From contig JAHEMU010000001.1 in NCBI GenBank assembly GCA_024643485.1, forward strand, positions 1 to 27,735: 27,735 nucleotides of DNA. The letters are read 5' to 3'. How positions within the stretch are numbered: the stretch's first letter is position 1; every line of letters begins with the position of its first letter. The notes under the pieces are model-generated. The model worked only from the letters and a program-made list of their open reading frames with translations. It made no database searches and had not been told where the DNA came from. The DNA is from Cytophagales bacterium. Lineage in GTDB: Bacteria; Bacteroidota; Bacteroidia; Cytophagales; Cyclobacteriaceae. The translations under genes were made by a program, and so were the position numbers. Below are positions 16,898 through 24,844 of this stretch, piece after piece.

Positions 16898-17657
16898 ATG
16901 CCTTTTTTAAATCAATACCCGTTCCAAATAAAGCAAAATCATACTTTACTGGGTCTGTTGGATCGAAGGTGCGAAGTTTTGCTGTCAGCTCCTCTGCGGC
17001 TTTCCAATCGTCTTGTTTTCGTACCAATATTCCTAGTTCTCTAGCCACTCTTCCGACGTGAACGTCGAGTGGGCATATTAATTCACTTGGTTTGATATGC
17101 GACCAAATCCCAAAATCAACTCCATTTGGATCTTTTCTAACCATCCATCTTAAGAACATATTCAGACGTTTACAAGATGAATTTCTCGAAGGAGTAGCGA
17201 TGTGTTTTTTGGTTCTTTTCGGAGCGGTAGGGGATTCAAAAAACAATTGTTCAAATGAAATTAATCTTTCCTTCATAGTACTTCCATGATTAAAAGCGAG
17301 TTCTAAACTGCTATGTTTTTGATAAAATTCCTTTAAAAAGTGGACAAAATACAGCGCATCTACCGGCTGGAAAGTGCGGTAATAAAACCGCTCCAAATTT
17401 TGCAGTTCTGATGCCGAATGATTCAAAATAAAATCGTGGGGGGCATGGTCCATTATTTCCATTAATCTCATTCCACTTTTAATAATTGCAGCGCGGTTCC
17501 CCCAAGAGATGATAGCAATTAAAAACCCAGAAATTTCAATGTCTTGTAATGTTGAAAATTGATGTGGAATTGAAATTGGATCATTAGAAATAAAAGAGCG
17601 ATTGTTATAATGATGCAATCGCTCTTCTAGAAAATCTTTTATTTCAGAATCAGTCAA
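16896..17657 (-). CDS. TIGR02757 (DUF2400) family protein
   Basis: DPISIPHQF, SWGNR, CKRLNMFLRWMVRKD..VDFGIW, PLDVHVGRVA and DPVKYDFALFG motifs. The TTG start abuts the upstream stop. Confidence 0.92.
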   Translation of the reverse strand: MTDSEIKDFLEERLHHYNNRSFISNDPISIPHQFSTLQDIEISGFLIAIISWGNRAAIIKSGMRLMEIMDHAPHDFILNHSASELQNLERFYYRTFQPVDALYFVHFLKEFYQKHSSLELAFNHGSTMKERLISFEQLFFESPTAPKRTKKHIATPSRNSSCKRLNMFLRWMVRKDPNGVDFGIWSHIKPSELICPLDVHVGRVARELGILVRKQDDWKAAEELTAKLRTFDPTDPVKYDFALFGTGIDLKKA

Positions 17658-18731
17658 TTAAGGGATGTAGGTAATGGTTACTCTAAATCGTTTGTCAACT
17701 GCTCCTAATCGATCGAAGGCGGCTTTACTGATTTTTACCAGGATATCTTTATTTTCATTGGTGTCGGGCAATGGGCCAATTACTCTCGCCCAAACCTCTC
17801 GTCCATTCATTTCGTTTCTCACCCGGATGATGGTACCAGGTTTAATGGTACGATGAACTGCTAAATATTTCCTTGTATTTTCGGTATCAGGTATCAACTC
17901 CGCCACTCCTTGTTCGGTTACTTCAACAAATTTATCTGTTGGCATTGGAGTGGTATTGGTTTGAACCTCGTCGTCTTTATCTGAATTTTGAGTAATCTGT
18001 TTTGATTTTTCTTCGGCCTTTACTTCTTTTTTAACCTCTTTTTTCTCCTCTTTCTCTTTGATTGCCTCCGTTTTATCGGTTGTTTGAACTTCTTCCTTTT
18101 CAATAGAAGGGGAGCCTTCTTGTTTAATGATTAGTTGCTGACCTTCGCTAAGTGAAGTGGAGGTTAAATTATTCCATTTCATAATATCGTCTACACTCAC
18201 ATTAAATTTTTTCGAAAGTGCATATAATGTTTCTCCTGCTTCCACTGTGTAAGTCTCTGAATTACTAGGTTGTTTTACTACAGTTTCTGTTTTATTACCA
18301 GCGGTATTACCCGCAGATTTCCCTGGAATTTTTAGCACTTGCCCCTCACTTAGGCCATCTGAAGTCAATTTGTTGAGGGATTTTATTTCATCTACCCCTA
18401 CTTGGTACTTTCGTGCAATTGCAAATAGAGTTTCACCTTTTTGAACGGTATGACTTCCATTCGCAGCAGCGGTAGGAGTGGTGGTAGTTGCTTCTTTTGC
18501 TGGTAAGTAAAATTCCTGACCTATGTTTAGACCCTTTTCGGCTTGAGGATTTAGTTTTATCAGTTGAGATGGTGGTACATCATATTGCCTTGAGAGGGCG
18601 AATAAGGTTTCTCCTTTTTGTACTAAATGTATTCTGACGGTTGCGCCATTAACGGTGGTAGTTCTACTCGTCAATTGAGCCCAACTGGTAACGGAAATCA
18701 TCAGAATAATCAGAGTTAAAAAAAATCTCAT
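17658..18731 (-). CDS. Secreted protein with three LysM domains and a C-terminal RlpA-like double-psi beta-barrel
   Basis: Three V(Q/E)xGETL(F/Y)A repeats, a Lys/Glu-rich linker, and C-terminal AVHRTIKPGTIIRVRNEMNGREVWARVIG..KISKAAFDRLG. Confidence 0.9.
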   Translation of the reverse strand: MRFFLTLIILMISVTSWAQLTSRTTTVNGATVRIHLVQKGETLFALSRQYDVPPSQLIKLNPQAEKGLNIGQEFYLPAKEATTTTPTAAANGSHTVQKGETLFAIARKYQVGVDEIKSLNKLTSDGLSEGQVLKIPGKSAGNTAGNKTETVVKQPSNSETYTVEAGETLYALSKKFNVSVDDIMKWNNLTSTSLSEGQQLIIKQEGSPSIEKEEVQTTDKTEAIKEKEEKKEVKKEVKAEEKSKQITQNSDKDDEVQTNTTPMPTDKFVEVTEQGVAELIPDTENTRKYLAVHRTIKPGTIIRVRNEMNGREVWARVIGPLPDTNENKDILVKISKAAFDRLGAVDKRFRVTITYIP

Positions 18732-18762
18732 ATTTATCGACTGTTTATTTATTTAATCTTAG

Positions 18763-18770
18763 CAAAAATA
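18763..18770 (-). promoter_or_regulatory. -7 promoter element for the LysM-TIGR02757 unit
   Basis: CAAAAATA on + reads TATTTTTG on -. Confidence 0.55.
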
Positions 18771-18870
18771 CGGCCAAACATTCATGCGAATATACGAATT
18801 ATCGGAAGTATTGTTTGTGAATTCTTGTATGTTTATCTTATAATGATACTTTTTAGTTAATTTTATTGAT

Positions 18871-20202
18871 ATGAAAACGATATTATTTTTTAGTCTGATA
18901 TTTTTAAGTGGAACTCTAATCGCGCAAGAGCAGAAAAAAGTCTTTATAATGGAAATTAAAGCGGAAATTGATCCACGTATGAATAGATATGTGAAATTGG
19001 CTTTGGAGAAAGCGGAGGATGAACAAGCTGATTTAATTCTGATTGAAATGGATACCTATGGTGGTGCTGTTGCTGACGCTAAAGATATTGTGGAAGCGCT
19101 TTTGGACTACCCGAAACCCATCTGGGTTTTTATTGATAAAGATGCGGCATCTGCCGGAGCATTGATCTCAATTGCTTGTGATAGTATATATATGTCTCCG
19201 GGGTCAAGTATTGGCGCAGCAACTGTTGTAGTTGGAGACGGTACAGCTGCCCCTGATAAGTATCAATCGTACATGAGGTCTACCATGCGTTCAACCGCAG
19301 AGGTTAATGGACGTAACCCACTAATTGCTGAGGGAATGGTGGATCAGAATATTGAAGTCCCGGGAATTTCAGAAAAGGGCCAGGTTATTACCTTTTCTAC
19401 TTCAGAAGCCATAAAAAATGGATTTTGCGAAGGTGAGTTCAAAAGCAGAGAGGAATTATTTTCTCATTATGGTTTAGATAAATATCAGGTAATTGAATTC
19501 AAACTTTCTTCATCAGAAAGGATTATTGCATTTTTTCTCAACCCATTTATCAGCGGAATTTTAATATTAATTATAATTGGTGGAATCTATTTTGAATTGC
19601 AAACACCCGGGATCGGATTTCCTTTAGCAGCAGCGGGAATCGCATTGGTGTTGTACTTGGTTCCATATTATTTAAATGGATTAGCGGAAAGTTGGGAGAT
19701 AATAGCCTTAGTAGTTGGGATTATTTTAATTGGCGTGGAGATTTTTGTTATTCCAGGTTTCGGATTTGCCGGAATCAGTGGTATTGTACTTTTCTTTGGT
19801 TCTTTGATTCTAATTATGTTAAATAATGACACCTTTGATTTTAGTATGGTACCATGGAGTGAAATTACCAAAGCGACTGCCACCCTCATTGGAGGGATGA
19901 GTGGCGCTTTTTTATTGATGTTTTTTGGTGGTGTCAGGTTATCAAATTCAAAAGCATTTTCCAAAATTGCATTGGTAAATACCTTGCAAAAGGAAGATGG
20001 ATATACTTCCAATTTTTATGCTGAAAAGCAGTTAGTTGGAAAAATAGGTATTGCGTATTCAGTGCTCCGCCCGAGTGGAAAGGTGGAAATTGATCATGAA
20101 ATTTACGATGCATATACTAGTGGTGGATTTATTGAACAAGGGCAGGAAATAGTCGTAGTTAGTGACGGCGGGACTTCACTTAAAGTTAAACCGAAAAGTT
20201 AA
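18871..20202 (+). CDS. nfeD: Long-form NfeD family membrane serine protease (ClpP-like domain, TM region, OB fold)
   Basis: DTYGG, AASAGALI (Ser nucleophile), DKYQSYM (Lys), TM block with EIFVIPGFG, and C-terminal LRPSGKV..YDAY. Confidence 0.9.
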   Translation: MKTILFFSLIFLSGTLIAQEQKKVFIMEIKAEIDPRMNRYVKLALEKAEDEQADLILIEMDTYGGAVADAKDIVEALLDYPKPIWVFIDKDAASAGALISIACDSIYMSPGSSIGAATVVVGDGTAAPDKYQSYMRSTMRSTAEVNGRNPLIAEGMVDQNIEVPGISEKGQVITFSTSEAIKNGFCEGEFKSREELFSHYGLDKYQVIEFKLSSSERIIAFFLNPFISGILILIIIGGIYFELQTPGIGFPLAAAGIALVLYLVPYYLNGLAESWEIIALVVGIILIGVEIFVIPGFGFAGISGIVLFFGSLILIMLNNDTFDFSMVPWSEITKATATLIGGMSGAFLLMFFGGVRLSNSKAFSKIALVNTLQKEDGYTSNFYAEKQLVGKIGIAYSVLRPSGKVEIDHEIYDAYTSGGFIEQGQEIVVVSDGGTSLKVKPKS

Positions 20203-20203
20203 A

Positions 20204-20935
20204 TTGAAAGATTCCATACAAATTATCATTCCCGCACGCTATAATTCTTCTCGTTTGCCAGGGAAACCTTTATTGGACATCGGAGGCCAAACGATGATTC
20301 AACGAACGTATTTGCAAGCAAAGAAGGTAGCGAGTCATGTTGTTGTTGCGACTGATGATCAGCGGATTTATGACCATGTGGCTACTTTTGGTGAGGTGGT
20401 AATGACTTCAAAAGATCATCAAAGTGGTACGGACCGAATATATGAGGCAGTGGGAAAACTTTCATTCAGACCTGAATATGTGATAAACGTGCAGGGAGAT
20501 GAGCCGTTCATACATACGGAACAAATTGAAGAATTGGCATCGCTATTAGATGGTAGAACTGAACTGGCTACCTTATCAAGAGAGATATTAAATCACGAGC
20601 ACGTTTCTAACCCCAATATTGTAAAAGTAGTTACAGCAAATAATGGAAATGCCTTATATTTTAGTCGTTTTGGAATTCCATATTTGCGTGATAGCGCCTA
20701 TTCTGATAAGATAAAGTATTTTCAACATATCGGGATTTATGCCTATCGGGTGGATATTTTAGAAGAAATAACTAAGTTACCTGTTTCAATGTTAGAACAG
20801 GCAGAGTCGCTTGAACAACTCCGGTGGCTTGAAAACGGTTATCAAATAAAGGTGGCTGTAAGCAGCTATGAAAATCACGGTATTGATACCGCTGATGATT
20901 TGGAAAATGCGAGAAAAATTGTTTCTGGCAGGTAA
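20204..20935 (+). CDS. kdsB: 3-deoxy-manno-octulosonate cytidylyltransferase
   Basis: IIIPARYNSSRLPGKPL, HQSGTDR, NVQGDEP, QHIGIYAYR and LEQAESLEQLRWLENG motifs. TTG at 20204 lies 1 nt after the nfeD stop. Confidence 0.96.
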   Translation: MKDSIQIIIPARYNSSRLPGKPLLDIGGQTMIQRTYLQAKKVASHVVVATDDQRIYDHVATFGEVVMTSKDHQSGTDRIYEAVGKLSFRPEYVINVQGDEPFIHTEQIEELASLLDGRTELATLSREILNHEHVSNPNIVKVVTANNGNALYFSRFGIPYLRDSAYSDKIKYFQHIGIYAYRVDILEEITKLPVSMLEQAESLEQLRWLENGYQIKVAVSSYENHGIDTADDLENARKIVSGR

Positions 20936-20953
20936 TTTGTATGAAAATAGACG

Positions 20954-22198
20954 ATGAATAAACGGATTTACGTAGTATTATTTTCTTTTATATTCTTCTT
21001 CGGATTTATAAATACGCCAATATTCGGTCAAAATTACTTTACCGTTTCAGGAAAGGTGATGGATGCAGAATCGGGAGAACCCTTGGTTTTTGCTTCAGTG
21101 GGTTTGAAGGGAAAGAGCATTGGTACTATTTCAAATGCCATAGGTGAGTTTGATTTTCATATTCCCATTGAAAATTCGGATCTAATATTCGAAATACACA
21201 TGCTGGGTTATGAGAGTTTTGAACTGGAGGTTTCAGAGGTAATCAGAAGAGGGTTAACTGAGTTTTCGCTTACACGTACTTTGAAATTTCTCGATGAGGT
21301 GATCGTTTCAGATAGCCTTTCAGGGGGAGATATTTTTACTATTGCAGTAAACAGAATCGATCAGAATTACCCTTCCGAACCTTTTATTCTGGATGGTTTT
21401 TATAGAGATGTTAAAAGTGTTGGTGGGACGTATGTTGCCTTATTGGAAGCTGCGGTAAAGGTGTACGATAAGGATTACAAGGCACCAAAACAGAAAATGA
21501 GATTAAGGGAGCGGGTGACGCTTGTTGAAGTCAGAAAAAGTCTTGGGTATGATAATAAATTCACCACTTTCTTTGATCAAACAAATTTATTGGAAGATTT
21601 ACTCCTACATAACAATGTTCGATATCGACAGTTTCCGGGTGACAGCGACGAGGCATTCATCTCGAAATTACAGAGAACGGATGTCGATTTTTATAATGGC
21701 AGACGAATATTTCTGATTCAATTGGAAAATTCAGATCGGTTAAAATTTTACATTGATGCAACGACCTTTTCTTTTTTGAGGGTAGAATACGAGTTGGGAA
21801 TTTCTGACGAGGTAATAGACCGAAAGGGGAACTTGTATAGTAAAATGAAGAGTTTGAAGAAAATTATTGATTTTCGAGAGTACTATGGAAGTATGTATTT
21901 GAACCATATTAATCTTGAAACTGAAGTCAATTGGTATGATCGTTCAAATGAAGTAAAATTCACAACGAAACTACATCAACAGTTAATGGTAAATAAAGTA
22001 TTTCCTGCAACTTCCCAAAAGATTGGCCCCACTGAAACCATGAAGAAATTTGGTTTACAATATCAACAAAGAGCGTATAACAAGGAATTTTGGGACAACT
22101 ATAACGTAATTAAGGAGACTCCTTTAGATAAATCAATCATTGATGATTTGGAAAAGGACCTGTCTTTGGAACGTCAATTTCAAAATAAACGCAAGTAA
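20954..22198 (+). CDS. CarboxypepD_reg-like domain secreted protein of unknown function
   Basis: Signal peptide, then VSGKVMDAESGEPLVFASV..GTISNAIGEFDF..LGYE; the C-terminal region was not recognised. Confidence 0.8.
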   Translation: MNKRIYVVLFSFIFFFGFINTPIFGQNYFTVSGKVMDAESGEPLVFASVGLKGKSIGTISNAIGEFDFHIPIENSDLIFEIHMLGYESFELEVSEVIRRGLTEFSLTRTLKFLDEVIVSDSLSGGDIFTIAVNRIDQNYPSEPFILDGFYRDVKSVGGTYVALLEAAVKVYDKDYKAPKQKMRLRERVTLVEVRKSLGYDNKFTTFFDQTNLLEDLLLHNNVRYRQFPGDSDEAFISKLQRTDVDFYNGRRIFLIQLENSDRLKFYIDATTFSFLRVEYELGISDEVIDRKGNLYSKMKSLKKIIDFREYYGSMYLNHINLETEVNWYDRSNEVKFTTKLHQQLMVNKVFPATSQKIGPTETMKKFGLQYQQRAYNKEFWDNYNVIKETPLDKSIIDDLEKDLSLERQFQNKRK

Positions 22199-22326
22199 TT
22201 CATTCGCTTTATTGCGTCAAATGGGCTATTTACCGTACTTTTTAACCTTCAGTCGAACTTTAATTACTTTTTTAGTGGGTATTTCGTTAATTCAAGTATA
22301 GATAAAGCCAACTATAGACACGGAAT

Positions 22327-22361
22327 AACCCTGAGGACTAGGTTCTCGGGGTTGTTTTTTT
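22327..22361 (+). terminator. Rho-independent terminator for the nfeD-kdsB unit
   Basis: AACCCTGAGGAC-TAG-GTTCTCGGGGTT is a 12-bp stem with two G.U pairs that form only on the + transcript, followed by G and T7. Confidence 0.85.
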
Positions 22362-23328
22362 AAAGAGAATTGAACTCTTCAATCAACTGTTTCAGGTCTA
22401 TCGGGACTACCCCGTGATGTTCGCAGACCAGTCCACCCGCTAAATTTGCTAATTTTGTTATGGAGGCCGGAGGGAGTTTTGCAGCTAAGGCTATGGCGGC
22501 AACAGAAACAACGGTATCACCCGCTCCACTTACGTCTGATATTTCCCGATAATGTGCGGGTTGGTAAATCTCTTCTTCACCGAAAATAGAAAAAATCCCT
22601 TTTTCCGATAAAGTGACCATTACCCCATGGCAATTCATTTTCTGGTGTAATTTACGAACGCCTTTTTTTATATTTTCTAAATCAGAGGTGTCAATTTTTT
22701 CATTGATACCTTCCTGGAGTTCCTTTAAATTTGGTTTGAATAAATCCGTTTCTGTATAGGAATTGAAATTTCGTTTTTTCGGATCAACGACAACGGCTAT
22801 TTTATTTTTTTTCGCTTCCGATTTTATAAATCGAATGGTATCTGTTGTTAAAACGCCCTTATCATAATCTTCAAGAACGATTACATCGCATTCAGGGATA
22901 AGATCACGAATTAAATTGACAAAAGTAGACGCAATGTCGGGCTGTATTTCCACATCAGTTTCCTCATCGATTCTGAGTACGTGATGATTGCCGGCCATTA
23001 CCCGGTGTTTTACTGTGGTAGGTCGGTGATTGCTTACAATGATGTGTTTTGAAACGATCTGATGTTGATTCAATAAATTAATGAATGTATCACCCATTTT
23101 ATCGTTACCAATGACAGAGCATAAAATGGGAGTGGCTCCCATAGCAATTACATTTAAAGCTACATTGGCTGCACCTCCTAACCTTTCTTCACGGTTAGTA
23201 ACACTTACCACGGGAACAGGCGCTTCGGGAGAAATGCGATCAATTTTCCCTTTTATATAGGAATCGACCATCACGTCGCCGATGATAAGCACCTTTAAGT
23301 GGCTAAATTGTTGTGCAGTCAAGCTCAA
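22360..23328 (-). CDS. rfaE1: D-glycero-beta-D-manno-heptose-7-phosphate kinase (stand-alone RfaE/HldE domain I, PfkB family)
   Basis: IGDVMVDSY..RISPEAPVPVV, RLGGAANVALN, DYDKGVL, VDPK, KPNLKE and DVSGAGDTV motifs. Confidence 0.92.
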   Translation of the reverse strand: MSLTAQQFSHLKVLIIGDVMVDSYIKGKIDRISPEAPVPVVSVTNREERLGGAANVALNVIAMGATPILCSVIGNDKMGDTFINLLNQHQIVSKHIIVSNHRPTTVKHRVMAGNHHVLRIDEETDVEIQPDIASTFVNLIRDLIPECDVIVLEDYDKGVLTTDTIRFIKSEAKKNKIAVVVDPKKRNFNSYTETDLFKPNLKELQEGINEKIDTSDLENIKKGVRKLHQKMNCHGVMVTLSEKGIFSIFGEEEIYQPAHYREISDVSGAGDTVVSVAAIALAAKLPPASITKLANLAGGLVCEHHGVVPIDLKQLIEEFNSL

Positions 23329-23329
23329 A

Positions 23330-24520
23330 TCAATGCAATTTTTCTAAAACAACTTTTATTCTTGAAACCGCCTCACGAAGGTCACTTTCTGAAGCTGCAT
23401 ATGAAAGTCGAATGCAGTTAGGTTCTCCAAACGAGCCACCTTCAACCAACGAAACATGAGCTTTAGCAAGGATATACAAACACAAATCAGAGGCGTCTTT
23501 GATTTGTGTTTCTCCATCTGAGGTTCCAAAATAGTGACACACATCCGGAAAGAAATAGAATGCTCCAGTTGGCATATTCACTTTGAATCCTGGTAAATCA
23601 GACAATAATTTATAAACTAAATCTCGTCTTTTTTGATAGGCTTTTACCATATCAAACGTAGGAGTAAGATCACTTTCGATGGCTACCAATCCTGCGCGTT
23701 GAGCGATGCTACAATTAGCGGAGGTGATTTGACCTTGTATTTTATTTGCTGCTTTGGCAATATTCAATGGAGCGCAGATATATCCAACTCTCCAGCCGGT
23801 CATAGCGAAACCTTTAGCAAAACCATTTACCGTTACTGTTCTTTCGAACATGCCAGGGATAGAAGCAATACTGAAGTGTTTTCCTTCATAATTGATGTGT
23901 TCATATATTTCATCACTTATTACCAATAAATCGTGTTTTTTGGCAACATCTGCAATGGCTTCTAATTCTGATTGATTAAAAACAGCTCCCGTTGGATTAC
24001 AAGGAGAGCTAAATAAAATGGCCTTTGTTTTTTTTGTTACTGCCTTCTCCACTTGGTCTGCAGTAACTTTAAAATCTTTATCAATTCCTGCGGATACAAA
24101 TACGGGAGTTCCTCCGGGTAGAGAAACTAAAGTGCTGTAACTCACCCAATATGGGGCGAAAATAATTACTTCATCACCTGGGTTAACAATGGCCATCATC
24201 ATGTTAGCAATGGATTGTTTAGCTCCATTAGACACAACAATGTGTTCCCCTGTGGCTTCTTTAATGTTGTTTTCTTCTCGGAGTTTTTTTGCAATGGCAT
24301 CTCTAAAGTCTTTATAACCATTAACAGGAGGGTAAGCAAAGTATTTTCCTTCATCAATTGCAGCTTTGGCGCCTTCGCAAATATGAGCCGGCGTTTTAAA
24401 ATCGGGCTCCCCTAAACTTAAACTGATTACATTATTTCCTTGCTCTTTTAATTCTCGGGCTTTGGCTGCCATTGCCAATGTGGCCGATTCCTCCATATTG
24501 AGTACTCTATCCGATATCAT
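23330..24520 (-). CDS. aspC: PLP-dependent class I/II aminotransferase (aspartate aminotransferase type)
   Basis: SLGEPDF, GAKQSI, PYWVSY, PCNPTG, SDEIY, PLP-Lys motif GFAKGFAMTGWRVGY, GAFY and IRLSYA. Confidence 0.9.
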   Translation of the reverse strand: MISDRVLNMEESATLAMAAKARELKEQGNNVISLSLGEPDFKTPAHICEGAKAAIDEGKYFAYPPVNGYKDFRDAIAKKLREENNIKEATGEHIVVSNGAKQSIANMMMAIVNPGDEVIIFAPYWVSYSTLVSLPGGTPVFVSAGIDKDFKVTADQVEKAVTKKTKAILFSSPCNPTGAVFNQSELEAIADVAKKHDLLVISDEIYEHINYEGKHFSIASIPGMFERTVTVNGFAKGFAMTGWRVGYICAPLNIAKAANKIQGQITSANCSIAQRAGLVAIESDLTPTFDMVKAYQKRRDLVYKLLSDLPGFKVNMPTGAFYFFPDVCHYFGTSDGETQIKDASDLCLYILAKAHVSLVEGGSFGEPNCIRLSYAASESDLREAVSRIKVVLEKLH

Positions 24521-24540
24521 TTCTTCGTATTTTAGTGCTG

Positions 24541-24548
24541 CAAAGGTA
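24541..24548 (-). promoter_or_regulatory. -7 promoter element for aspC-rfaE1
   Basis: CAAAGGTA on + reads TACCTTTG(CA) on -, 20 nt upstream of the ATG. Confidence 0.75.
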
Positions 24549-24657
24549 AGTATTAGGCATTAAAAATGTATAATGGCTAACAAATAATTTAATTTTTTAA
24601 AATAATATCAATGAAAAAGCTGTTTTGTTATTTATATGGTAATAATTTAATGTTTTC

Positions 24658-24689
24658 CTTGAAAATTAATGAAGTAATTTATTCCTTTG
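24658..24689 (+). promoter_or_regulatory. Candidate arg-operon promoter (-33 CTTG, 20-nt spacer, -7 TTCCTTTG)
   Basis: Each element has one mismatch to TTTG / TAnnTTTG and the spacing is plausible; it lies 8 nt before the leader ATG. Confidence 0.45.
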
Positions 24690-24697
24690 TATAGAAT

Positions 24698-24763
24698 ATG
24701 AAATTTAGTTACGCCCATATCACAGAATCATTCTGGCCGTTCTATAGGCCCCTGCTGGGGTAA
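24698..24763 (+). CDS. Putative leader peptide MKFSYAHITESFWPFYRPLLG (21 aa)
   Basis: ATG at 24698 to TAA at 24761-24763, between a candidate promoter and a terminator hairpin upstream of the arg operon. Confidence 0.6.
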   Translation: MKFSYAHITESFWPFYRPLLG

Positions 24764-24774
24764 TTAAATTTTCT

Positions 24775-24799
24775 TGCTGCCTATGGGGCAGTGTTTTTT
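24775..24799 (+). terminator. Leader (attenuator-type) terminator upstream of the arg operon
   Basis: TG-CTGCC-TATGG-GGCAG-TG stem (5 Watson-Crick pairs plus G.U extensions) followed by T6, 45 nt before the GNAT ATG. Confidence 0.7.
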
Positions 24800-24844
24800 C
24801 GTCGTATTATTTTTTTTCAAACTTTATCAATCAATTTAACGCCA

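Noticed and set aside
20162-20203. ORF-track GTG start of kdsB at 20162
   Set aside because: Lies inside nfeD; the TTG at 20204 gives a normal KdsB N-terminus.
22327-22353. Bidirectional use of the 22327 hairpin by rfaE1
   Set aside because: The two G.U pairs become A.C mismatches on the - strand and there is no good U-tract on that side.
24668-24685. ARG box in the arg promoter (TGAAG..ATTCC)
   Set aside because: The half-sites are 6 nt apart rather than 4 and both are mismatched.
24791-24844. ORF-track GTG start of the GNAT at 24791
   Set aside because: Lies within the terminator stem and U-tract and encodes a low-complexity Phe-rich stretch; the ATG at 24845 is preferred.
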